A stretch of DNA of 64,000 nt from Cyanophora paradoxa CCMP329 (Eukaryota > Plantae > Glaucophyta). The stretch is from assembly GCA_004431415.1 (NCBI GenBank), contig QPMI01000432.1, forward strand, positions 310,001 through 374,000. Direction: 5' to 3'. Positions 44,694 through 56,300 of this stretch are shown here, piece by piece (within the stretch, counting starts at the first letter, position 1; each line of letters starts with the position of its first letter). The position numbers and the translations under genes were made by a program. The notes under the pieces are model-generated. The model did not search any database and was not told the DNA's origin. It saw only the letters and a list, made by a program, of their open reading frames with translations.

Positions 44694-47082
44694 ATGTCAT
44701 TCTCGAGCCCAGCGACCGAGCCTGGTGGTTCTAATCGCCCGATGACGCGCGACGTGCCACAGATCCTGTTGAAGGACATCCCCTGGGTGAGCGAAAACGC
44801 CACATAGAGAATCCAAGCCGCCAGCCCCGCGCGCTGCCGTGCCGGAAGCGACGCGTAACTATCGCTCGCAGGAGACATACAAGGCGGCGTCGCTGTTGTC
44901 CGCGAAAGACGTTGAATACATACGCTCGTACGACCACCAGCCGCAAGAGCGCCAGCAGAGCCTCTTGGACAAGGTCCGTGCACGAAACAGCCCGACAGCC
45001 GCGACCGCCACGCCTCGTAGTCCCGGCGCGCGTTCTGACCCAACGCAGGAGGGAGTAGCTTACGTTGATGTCTTTCTTACGATCCTGAAGAACATCAGCA
45101 AGGAAGATGCGGTCCAGTATGTGCTTGCCCTTATCGAGGACATGCTTTCGGGTGCGCCCCACTCGCCCCCAGCGCACTCTCTGTCGAAAGCTAAGCGCGT
45201 CGCGCCGTTCGCCTTGCAGTCGCTCCGGAGCGGCTGTCGCTGTTCCACGCGCTCATTCAGAAGGATGGCCCGCAAAAGGTCTTCCATCCTTTCCTCCGGT
45301 GAGCGACCGTAGCTTTCTTTCGCGAGCTTCTCGCTCGTCGCTGCCGCCGTGCGCGCCGGTCGGGCGCTGACCCCTCGCCCAGGCTTCTCTCCAGGAACGA
45401 TTCCTTCACGGTCCAGAAGGCGGCGCACATCGTCTCGCAGCTCTTCGCGTCAGTCCTGCGTTGGTTTCCTTTCTGCGCGCGCCAGCTGAGCTCGCGGCGC
45501 AGGACCTCGAAGGAGTGCCCGCAGGAGGAGCTCTCGACCATCATGAACTGGGTGATGAACAACCTGAACAACGGGCAGACGTCCGACGCCGTCCTCACCG
45601 CCGTCACCGGCGCCCTCATGCACCTCCTCCGCATCCCGGCCGCGCGCGCCACCTTCCTGCAGTCCCGCGGCCTCACCCTGTGCGCCCCGCCCCTCGCCGC
45701 TCGCGCCGCCGGCGCTCTTCGCTCACGCGCGGGCCCCGCGCGCAGCCTCGTCGCCCTCCTCAAGTCCAACAGCATGCAGCTGACGTACCAGACGACCTTC
45801 TGCCTCTGGGTCCTCTCCTACCAGAAGGAGGCCATCCCCGCCTTCGCCGAGGCCCAGGTACCTGTCCATCCTCCCCCCCGCCCGCCTTCTCTTCTCTTCT
45901 CCGCCCCGCCCCGCCCCCGCCGACCGCGCGTGCCAGGTCGTCCCGGGGCTCGTCTCGCTCCTGAAGACGATCGCGAAGGAGAAGATCGTCCGCATGTCCA
46001 TCGCCACCCTCGTAGTGCGCTCCCTCGCTCGTACTCCGCCGGGCCCGGCCTGCGCGCGCCCCGCTCCCTGCCTCGCCTGACGGGCCGCGCGCGCCGCCGC
46101 CGCCGCCGCCGCAGAACCTGTCGAACAAGGGCAACTACTCGAACGAGATGGTGCAGCACGGCATGATGCGCACCCTCAACACGCTCTCCTACCACAAATG
46201 GGCCGACGGTGCGCCGCCCCGCCCCCGCCCCCGCCCCGCCCCCGACGGGCGCCCCGCGCTTTGCTTTGCGTGCGAGCGAGCGAGCCGCGGGGGGCGCAGA
46301 GGACCTGGTGGACGATATGAGGATACTGGCCGAGGCCCTGCAGGCGAACATCAAGGAGCTCAGGTGAGCGGTGGGCGGGCGGAAGGGGCGGGAGGGAGGG
46401 AGGGCGGGGCTGACAGGCGCGCCCTCGCGCAGCTCGTTCGACGTGTACAAGCTGGAGGTGCTCTCGGGGAAGCTGGACTGGACGCCAGTGCACAAGGAGG
46501 AGTCCTTCTGGAAGGAGAACGTCACCAAGTTCGAGGGCGACGACTGCCGCGTCCTCAGGTGAGCGCGAGGGAAGGGGGGGGGGGGGGCGGGGGCGGGGGC
46601 GGGGGCGAGTGTCGCCGGCCAGGGTGCTTGGGAGCCTAGAGGCTAGGGGGACGGCTAGCATGAGGGGGCACCGCCCTTCCTCGCGCCACTGCCTTTGCTC
46701 TCCGCCGCCCTTCCCGCCTTGAACCTTTATCTCCGGCAGGGTGCTGGTGAGCCTGCTGAAGTCGCCGACGGCGTCGGCGAAGGACCTCGCGATCGTGTGC
46801 CACGACCTCGGCGAGTTCGTCCGCTTCCACCCCCGCGGCCGCCAGTGCGCCCCGCCCTGCCGCCCTCGCTCCCCGCGTACTCTATCGATCGGCCCGCCTG
46901 ACCTATCCATCTATCTCTCCCCGCGCAGGCTGCTGCAGTCGATGGAGGCGAAGGGGACGATGCTGGGCCTGATGGCGCACCAGGACGCCGAGGTCAAGAA
47001 GCACGCCCTCGTCGCCGTCCAGCGCATGCTCTGCCAGCACTGGGAGGCCCTCTCCTCCCTCTCCTCCTCCGCCGCCAAGTGA
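44694..47082 (+). CDS. ATP6V1H: V-type proton ATPase subunit H (VMA13/VHA-H), multi-exon
   Basis: DIPW|[87 protein letters not shown]. Confidence 0.96.
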
Positions 47083-47324
47083 CCTGTTGCAGCTGTAGCC
47101 GCAGGGCCGCTCTAAGCTCTGTTTGAAGATAGTCAATTATACAGATCCATGCGTTAAATTTGCGTCGGCCCGGGAATTTGCAGTTGGCGTGGAAACAGGG
47201 GTCCCGGCCCAGAGCTCGGCAAACGATGATGTGGCCTGCGAGGATGGCTTCATCTTCCACACACTCCGCCGGCCCGCGGGCCTCCTAGACGTCGACTCGA
47301 TGATCCCTAGAAGGCCTCCGATGC

Positions 47325-47392
47325 GAAGCCTGGGGCGGGCCGCTGATCATGAGGCCTTGAAGCCTGGGGCGGGCCGCTGATCATGAGGCCTT
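47325..47392. repeat. Perfect 2 x 34 nt tandem repeat
   Basis: GAAGCCTGGGGCGGGCCGCTGATCATGAGGCCTT occurs twice in tandem. Confidence 0.9.
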
Positions 47393-48327
47393 GCAAGGCC
47401 TCGAAGCCTCAGGGCCCGGCCTCGGGCCCGGGGCCCGGCCTGTGACTCAGTGATCATGACAGGTTGCCGGTCCGACGGTCCCTCTCAGTCTGCAGCTGCC
47501 AGGCTGAGGCTCCAAGCCTTGCCAAGTTGAAAAATTCCCCGAGTTCATCTTGACACAGTGAGCCTCGCTCATGATCATGATCTGATCATTACTCCCGGCC
47601 CTGCCTGAAGCTTGCAATTGCCAGTTCAACGGTTGCCAAGCTTGAAATTGAACTCGGAAGAGCCGCCGAGCTGCAGTGATCATGAAGCCCGGTCTTGATC
47701 ATCATGGCATGAACTTCGGAAGCCTCGCAGACTGGTAACTTAGTAATCCGCCCCGGCGGGCCGGGCCTGCCCATGACTTGCCAAGGGCCGCCGGGCTAGC
47801 CCAGTGGCTTACTTCAAGGTTTTCAAGTTGTTTTCCTGCCTGCCTGGGCCTAGGCCTCCCGGCTTCCAGTCCGCCGGTGCCGCGCTCCAGTACTGGAGTG
47901 ACTAGCGTACAGCGATATAGCGAGGGCCCCGGCGGGCCCCGGGCGTGCGCATGGCGGTAAAGTGTTTTGTCTACGAAGTTACTGTACAGCGAGCCCATAG
48001 CTAGCTATAGGCCTAGGCCTCGAAGGGGCCGGGCTGGGCCCCGGGCCGGGGGCGGCCACGGGCTGAGAGGGGGGGGGAGGGGGGGGGAAGTGGGGGGGGG
48101 GGGAAGGCGGGGCCGCCCCAGTTGGTGGCGTATCGTACATCGCTCCGGGCCCGGCCCGGACGGCCCGGCAAGGGCGCGCGCGGGGAGAGAGGGGGTGGGA
48201 GGTGGCCGGCCGGTATACATACAGGCGCAAAGCCGCAGCCGCAGGCCGGGCCAAGCGCGCGCCCAGTGGCGCGGTCGCGCGCCGGGGGCCGGGGCGGCCG
48301 GCCGCGGCCGCGGGCCATGGGGGGCCG

Positions 48328-50091
48328 CTAGCTGTCGAGGCCGGAGAGGAGGGCGCCCTCGGCCGAGACGGCCGCCCACGCCATCCGCGGCGTCGTGAAC
48401 GCGTGCCCCAGCTGCCCACGCGTACCCCCCGCCGGGTCAAGCCCAAGGAGGGGCCTGGGGGGAAGGGGGGGAGGGGGAGGAGGGGGTGGGGGGTAGGAGG
48501 GTGGGGGGGCGGGTACGAAGCTCCTATGGAAAGCTAGCTGGGGCGGGGTGGGGGGGCGGCGCACGGTGCCGTCGGGGGTGAGGACGATGCAGCCGCCGCA
48601 GCCGTCGACGCGGGCGCGCATCGCCTCCAGGGCCTTTCGCGCCGCCGCCTCGGGCGCCAGGCCCGCCTCCACGCCGTGCAGCACCTGCCGCGCCAGCGTC
48701 ACCTGAGCGAGGGTCAGAGATGGAGAGCTCGAGAAGGAGGGAGGGAGGGAGGGAGGGCGGGCCTTCATGATGGACTCGCCGTGGCCCGTGCAGGAGACGC
48801 CCCCGCTCGCGTTGTCGGCGTACGCGCCGCAGCCGACCAGCGGCGAGTCCCCCACCCGCCCCGCCTTCTTGGCCGTGATGCCACCTACCCCCCGCGAGCC
48901 GGTCGGCAGGAGAGGGGGGGAAGAGGGGGATACCGGTGCCGGCCGCACCGGTGGAGGTGCCGCAGGCGATGTCGCCGCGTGCGTCCAGCGCCACGCACCC
49001 GACCGTGTCCGTCGAGCCCCGCTGCGCCCGCCCGCCCGCCGTGAGCGGCGCGGCGCGGGAGAGAGAAGAGAGAGAGAGAGAGACAGAGAGATATAGAGGG
49101 CTGCGCTTCGGAACGGGCGCGCCTTGAGCTCGTGGCGGTTGAAGAGGGTGCTGACCGTCGCGCGGTACTCCTGGAAGCGCTTCCACTCCAGCTGCACGTG
49201 CCGCCCGGCGGGATCGAATTCGAATCCGAGCGGGCTCAGGGTGAGGCGGGCCCCCCCGAAGGCTCTCACCTGAGCGGCCTCGGTGACGAGCTCCTCGGGG
49301 CGCACAGACTCCACGCCCATCTGGGGAGGAGGCTCTCAGGAGGGTGCTTGGTTCCGCGGGGCCCGCCCCGCCCCGGCAGGGCCGGGCCGGGCCGCGCGTG
49401 CGGGGCGGCCGGGCGGACCTCGCGGGCGAACTTGTTGGCGCCGGCGCCGACGAGGAGGCAGTGGCGGGTCTGCTCCATAACCTGCCGCGCCAGGCTCACC
49501 GGGTTCCGGATGTTCTGCGCCCCCGCTGACCTCAGCCCCGGAGTGCCCCGGGACGGGCAAGGGGCGGCGCGCGCGCGCTCGCGCTCGCCTGCACAGCGGC
49601 GACGGCGCCCGTCTTGAGCGTCGCACCGTCCATAACGATCGCGTCCATCTCTACCTGCCCGCGCCGCTTAGGAGAGCGGGGGAGAGGCCGGCGGGCGGGC
49701 AGCAGACCTGTCCCTCCTCGTTCAGGACCGAGCCGGTGCCAGCGTCGAAGGTCGGGTCGTCCTCCAGCACGCGGATCGCCGCTTCAACCGCATCCATTGC
49801 GCTCCCGCCGCGCGCCAGCACCTGCGGCCCCGCCCGCGTCGCGCCGGGCGCACGAGAGAGAGGCCTTCGCCGCACGTGTCCCGCACCTGGTGCCCCGCCT
49901 TCGCTGCGGCCTCGCAGCCGCGCACGCTCGCATCGGCGATCTCCTCGGGGATCGCGTACGCTCCTGCGCACGGGCGGCGCAGCATGTCAGCGCTCGGCCC
50001 GGCGCTGGCCAGCGCGCGCTCAGCCAGGCTTACCGCCGTGCACGATGATGGCAATAGGGCGGCTCAGGTCCGCGGGCGGATTCGGCGCCAT
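48328..50091 (-). CDS. ASRGL1: Isoaspartyl peptidase/L-asparaginase (Ntn hydrolase, ASRGL1/IaaA type), multi-exon
   Basis: IIVHGG, AVEAAIRVLEDDPTFDAGTGSVLN, VEMDAIVMDG, autocleavage DTVG, ACGTST|GG, GRVGDSPLVGCGAYADN, SCTGHGE. Confidence 0.95.
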
Positions 50092-50319
50092 CGCAGCGCG
50101 GTGGCTGACCCGGTTGGTGGCTAGAAGTGGGTGCCGCGGCCGGAGAAATGTGGGTGCGCTGGCGCGTGCGGCTTTAACGCAGTTCTTGGTCTGGGCTTTC
50201 TCAGAAGAATTGCAGATGGTTCGTGGAAATGGATGCCCTTGGGGTTTATAAGGCGGTCGAGCTTGCTTCTTTCGTCGCGTACCCCCCACCTGCCCATTCC
50301 CCCGAATCCTTGCTCAACG

Positions 50320-50903
50320 ATGGCCGACGACAGCGCCCCGAACGTCGATCTTAAAATCCGTCGTCCGTCGGACTCCGGCGCGGACCGCGCGCTCGCCGGT
50401 GAGCCCAGCCAGAGCAAGGTGGACGCGCCGGCGCCGGCGCCGTGGTGGTGCAATTAATATTACAAATTTGACGCCGACGCGGCGCGCGCACAGGCGACAC
50501 AGGAGCGGTCCCCTTCGAGTGCAAGAGCTCCTTCGGCAAGGAGGTCGAGTGCGGTGAGCGCGCTCGGGGGCCCGCAGATCGAAATTCGACGCCGGATCGG
50601 AAGAAATTCGAATTCGATCCGATATCGATTCGTTTAATGTCCGAGCTCGCGCTAGCCGCGCCGAGCTCCGATCCTGGGATCTCCGATTTGCTAGTGCTCG
50701 CGAGAGGGAAGCGTGCAGCTGCGGGACATATATCCGGACGCCGATGCTGATCGCTCGCGCGCGCGCACTGCCGCGCGGCAGGGACGACTCTGAACGCGCG
50801 GGAGGAGGACTTCAACGCGGAGCCCGTCTCGCAGGCGCCGCCCCCGACGGGCCCGGGAGGCCGCTGGGAGGCCGACGTGGAGACGCAGGCGCGCAGCGGC
50901 TGA
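50320..50903 (+). CDS. Small hypothetical protein (3 exons)
   Basis: Splices in frame: MADDSAPNVDLKIRR...ALA|GDTGAVPFECKSSFGKEVEC|GTTLNAREEDF...ARSG-stop; AT-rich 3' region follows. Confidence 0.5.
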
Positions 50904-51175
50904 GGCCCGCGGCCGCGATGCGATCTCGAGCTCTGAAGCGGGCCGCCAGCTCGAACAAGTCCTTCGATTCAAATAGGGAGCCGTAACATGCGTATCTACT
51001 ATAAATAAAAAGAGCCACTGACTTGCCGCGCGCGTCAGTTGGGTCCGGGGAAGGGAATTTAATCATGTGAACGGGACTGTTGCACTGCAGTGGCTTGGCA
51101 TTCACAGCGCGCACAAGACTCGCACAAAATGGGCGGGGGGGCTGCAGTTTGGCAGCCCCGTGCGGGACTGCACTG

Positions 51176-52797
51176 TCACTGCACGGCCTTGGTCTTCTTT
51201 CCGCCCTTGGTGTCCTTGGACTTGGCGGCCTTGGGGGCCGCCGGCTTCTTGGTCTTCTTGCCCTTGGAGACGCCGGCGCCCAGGAGGCGCGCGGCCTTGG
51301 TGCCGAGGAGGCGGGGCGCAGCGAGGGCCATGAGGCCCTTCATGCCGGTGGCCTTCTTTGGGGCGGAGGCCGACTTCACGACCGGCGCCTCGGCGGCGTC
51401 GAGCTCGGGCGCTGCCCCCTCCTCGTCCGAGGAGACCTCGATGGGGTCGTCCCTGAGGGCAGAGCGGGTAAGGAGAGGGAGGAGGGGTGGGGGAAGGGGG
51501 GGGGTGGGGGGGGGGGGGGGGGGGGAGGTTGGGCGGGGAAGGAGACGGAGGGGCGGCAGACCCGGTGGCGGAGGCGTTGTCGGACTCGTCCGAGGAGATC
51601 ACGGTGGCCTTGCGGCCACCCGAGCGGCGCTTTGGCGTATCCCTGCGGGCTGGGATTGAGGAGCGATGGAGCATCCGGGAGCAAGAAAGAGGGACGCACT
51701 CGTCGTCGTCCTCGGGCAGCTGTGGGGCAGGCAGGGCCGCAATCGGGGCAGGCGGGGCCGGCATCACCAGGCAGGACTTGGGGCCGGACTGCAGAGTGGC
51801 CGTGCCGTTCCTGCAGGGACGGCGGTGGGCACACGAAAGCAAACAGACGCGGGAGAGGGGTGGAAAGTGCCCACCGGAATGCGTCGTAGAGGGCGTCAAG
51901 CGCCTGGGTCTTCTCGTCCTTGGCCGTGATCACGTACTCCCGAGTGTACTGCTGGGGGATGAAGTGGACGTGGCCATCTAGTACCGGAAACCACACATTG
52001 GTAGCCGACGTAGTGCTCGCCGCAGTAGTCGCAGCCCCAGACGTTCGCACCGGCCGCCGCTTGCAGCTGCTTGTCCGTGCAGCGATTGCAGCCGCGCCGC
52101 GAGGCGAGGTTGTGACTGCCAGCAGGCGGAATCGATCCCGCAGCAGCCGGCTGCCCGTGCTCTGCGATTGAGCGCTGTGAGCTCGCATCGCAAGTCGAGC
52201 ACTTGGTGCGCCTCGCGGACCGACGTGTACAGGCGCCGAGGCGGCGGTCGCGGCTTCCGCGCGCGCGCGCAGCGATGCTCTGCAGCTCCGGCTCATCTGC
52301 GACAGCGTATACACGTAGCGAAAAGGTAAGTTTCGAACGCTTCGAAAGCATAATGACCGCGTACCACGTAAGCGGTTCTTTTCACAGGATGCAGTTGCGT
52401 GGTGTGCCACCACCTTCGCCGGGCCGAAGCGCACGAAGTGGGCAGCGCAGAGGTCACAGCCCCACACGTCTTTGCTGCCGGTGGCTTTGCTCTTCTGCTG
52501 ACAGTCCCCGCACTCAGGCCGCTCGCTGAACGCGTGGGCGCCAGCTGCCCGGGTTTTCACGGCTGCGCTGCTTGCCGCCGGATGTCTACATCGCAGCACA
52601 TGACTGTAAAGCGCGTCCCTCGTGCAGAAGTGCTGGCCGCAGTGCAGGCACTTGCCGCCGTACTTCTGCCTAGATCCGCCGCAGCCTGGCTGACTGCAGG
52701 GCTTGCTGGCCGGCTCGATATCGACTCCGATGGCGATGCCCGGCGGTGGCTTCGCGCCGCCGCTGCCGCTCGGGCGGCCGGAGCGTGGGAGGCTCAT
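51176..52797 (-). CDS. Cys/His-rich putative zinc-binding protein with a Lys-rich tail, multi-exon
   Basis: CSQPGC...CLHCGQHF...HVLRC and two related modules, CGDC...VWGCDLCAAHF and CNRC...VWGCDYCGEHY; C-terminal KKTKKPAAPK. Confidence 0.55.
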
Positions 52798-53324
52798 TGC
52801 AGCGAACGCAGGAGATCGTGCGGGTACCGCAAAAAGACTTTCCGCAGGGTAAGTTCGCACTCTCCAATGCGATTGGCTAGCACGCGCGGCGTCCTCCTAC
52901 GCGACCGCGCTCGCGCCCGGCCTCGCTCTTGCAGTACGGAATGTCGGGCATAATGCAAGCATTGACCTCGAACTGGTCCGGCCCGTATATCTGCTCCCTG
53001 TGCGTCGCTGGACCCCTTTTTGTCCCGGGTGTTGGTGCCTGTTCCTGGATCACCCTTTGGTCGGACGGGACCGGGAGACACGGTTTCGGGGTCCCCTGGG
53101 GATGGGCTTTCAGCATGTACCGCGCGGCCCGGGTTTTGCGGAGGTCGGGGAAATGGGATTTGGGGTAGGGTTGGGCCCGAGGGACAGGGACAGGGGAAGT
53201 GATTTTCCCTTCCCCAAAAATAATAGCGAAATCGAATGGAGAGCGCTGCCTTGAAAAAGGATCCCGGGGGGCCGGGTCTGTACACGCGGGGGCGGGGCCC
53301 CCTGCATCTAATCTAGGCCGAGGC

Positions 53325-56300
53325 CTAGTCGCCGAAGATTTGGTCCTTGAGGGCCATGATGGCTGCGCGGGCGCGCGCGGGAAACTCGGTCAGAGCGGCG
53401 CGGAAAACGCGCAGCGGGGGAGCTCGAGGGCGGGGGTACCGAGGAAGAGGATGTCGAGGCCGGGGAGGGCGACCTCTCGGAAGGCGCGGAGGAAGAGGAG
53501 GAGCGGCTCCATGCCGAACCAGTCCTGCGCCTGCGAGAGGCCCGTGGACTGGAGCCAGCCCTCGCGCTGGTCCGCCGAGAACTTGAGCCCGTACAGGATG
53601 ACCAGGTACGAGCAGAAGGCCGAGAAGAGCAGCGAGAAGATGTACCCCGCGTAGGCGAGGAACCACGGTAGGGGCTGCGGCGGCGGCGGCGTCTTCTTCG
53701 CCTGCAGCTCGTAGACCCCTGCGGAGCGAGCGGCCCAGCGAGTGAGCGAGCGAGCGAAGCGAGGGCAGCGCAGCGCATGCGCACGGGCGGCGGCGAGGGC
53801 CTGGGCGAAGACGCCCTTGCCCTCGGCCTGCTTCTTGAGCTCCTCGACCTTCTTCTCGTGCTTGAAGCGCTTCATGCGGCGCCGGACGGCCTCCTGCACG
53901 ACCGCCGCGTCCAGCGTCGTGCTGCGGTAGCGGTGCCCGCGCCACGCCGACTGGATCCGCCGCGCCGCCGCCTCCGCGTTCTCGCTGAAGGTCGGCCGCA
54001 GGAAGTGCGGCAGCGGCGCCCCGCCGGCCGCCGGCGAGCCCCCGCGCGGCGCCGGCGCCTCGCCTTTGGCGCCCTTGGCGCCCTTGGCGGCCGCGGCTGC
54101 CGCGACCGCCTCGGCGGGGGTGAGGGGCCGGCCCTTGAGGGCCGCCACGCCGGCCGGGATGGGCGGCGGCTGCGGGCGGTCGGCCATCGGCGGGAGCACG
54201 CGCCGCCGCGGCCGCATCATCTCGCCGAAGGGAAGCGGCGGGGGCGGGGGCGGGGGCGGGGCGGCCCGGCTGCGGGGCAGGGCGTCAGAGGGCGAGCGCG
54301 AGGGCGAGAGAGAAGGGCGGGCGAAGGGAAAGGACGCAAAAGAGGGCGCACATGCCGGTCTTGAGGGCGTGGATCTTGGCGCGGACGGCGTGGCCGCGCC
54401 AGACGCGCTGCAGCATCACCGCCGCCCGCTGCACGCGCTCCGAGTCCGCAGCGGCGGCGCCCGTCTGCGCGGGCAGTGAGCGGTTGGCGCGGGCGCGGGG
54501 GGAAATAGGCGGGCGCACGGGCAGGGCCCAGCGAGCGGCGCTGGACTGCGAGCTGGAGGCCGAGGAGGAGGCGCGGGGCACGGCGGGCGCCGCCGCGGCG
54601 GGGGCCGCCGCCGCCGCCGCCCGGGGGGCCGCGAGGCCCCCTCGGGGGGAGTGTCGGGGGCGAGGGCGAGGAAGCGACGCGAAGGGGCGCCCGTGAGGCG
54701 GGGCGGGGGCGGGACGGGCCCGCGGCGGGGCGGCCCCGGGTGCGGCGAGCCGTCCGAGCCCGTCTGGGAGTCGGCGGAGGAGCCGACGGCGGCGGCGCGC
54801 GCGGCGCGCAGCACGAGCAGCGCCGTGTGCGAAGCCCGCGAACGCCACAGCGCCTGCACGCGCCCCGCCGCCTCGTTCGGCGAGCGCGGCGCCGGGCGGC
54901 TCGGGCGCGGGACCGCGGCGGCGGCCGCGAGGCGCGGCGCGGAGCGGGCGGCGTGGGAGAGGCCGCCGGGGGCCGGGGCGTGCGCGGCGGCGATGTGGGA
55001 GGACGGGACGGGGCGGCGGGGCCCGGGCCCCGCGGCGGGGGAACGCCCCCGAGGGGCTCGTTGCGGGCCGCGAGGGGCAGGTGGGAGGGGCTCTCGGATC
55101 CCGAGCCCGAGCCGCTGGACGAGCCGCGCGGGCCCGGGCGGCGTCGGCCCTCGCCGGCGGCGCCCGCCAGGAAGTGGGGGATGACGGGCCCGACCTCGTG
55201 GCCGGACGCGGGGCGCGGCTGCCGCCGGGGCCGCGGGGCGCCCTCGCCGGGGCCCGCGGGCGGGGGCGGGGGCGGCGGGGGCGCCCCCGGCGGGGTGAAG
55301 ATTCCGATCCCGACGGCCCCGATGGCGTTGAAGCCGTCGGTCAGATCCTCGTCGCTCTCCGCCCGCGGGAGCGGGAGCGGCGCGCCGCCGGCCGCCGCGG
55401 CGCGCACGAGGTCGCGCGCCGCGCGCTCGGCCCGCGCCTGCGCCTCGATCTTGGCCCAGTTCTTGCGGGTGCGGTGGCCCCGGTAGGTCGCCTGGATGCG
55501 CGTGACGGCCCGGGAGATCGGGTCCGGCACGCCCGGCCGCCGCGCCGACGCCCCGCCCGCGCGCACTTGCATGCGCACGGCAAGCGCCAGCGGCAGCGCC
55601 TGCCCGTCGGGGCCCCGCGCCGAGGGCGCCCCCGCCCGGAACGTCACCCCGCCGCCGCGCGCCGTCTTGCTCCCGTCGCCACCACCGCCGCGCGCCGACT
55701 TGCCGCCGTCGCCGCCGCCGGGGCCGGCCTTGCCGCCGGCGCGGGCCGTGTCGGCGGTGACGACGAGGCCGACGCCGGCCTTGGAGGACACGGGGACGGC
55801 GGCCTCCGGGGCCACCTTGCCGTCCGATCCCTCCTTCCCGTCCTTCCCGTCCTTGCCGCCCTTCTTCAGGTCCTCCTCCTCGCCCTCGACGACGGCGAAG
55901 ATGGTGCGGCGGCGGGGCGGGAGGACGGCCCCCGCGCCGATCATCGGCGGCGGCTGCGGGCCCGTCCGCTTCGCCAGCGCCGGCGCCACCTTCCGGAACA
56001 TGTACACGAAGAAAATCTGGACCCGGCCCTCGTCAGAAAAATCATTTTTTTTTTTGGGGGGGGGGGGTGGAGTTTGCCTTGGCGGGGAAGAGGGCGACGG
56101 CGGCGATAACGGAGGATATGATCTTGCGGGTCCAGGCCCCCGCGCTGTTCGCGTCGCCCGTCCCGAAGAAGATCGCGTTGATCGCCAGCGTCCCCGTCGC
56201 GAAGGCGAGCAGGCAGGTCAGGCGCCGCGGCCGCGTGTACGGGTCGTACGGCTCGACGACGAAGATGGAGATCAGGATGTGGTTCGTCGTGAACATGTGC

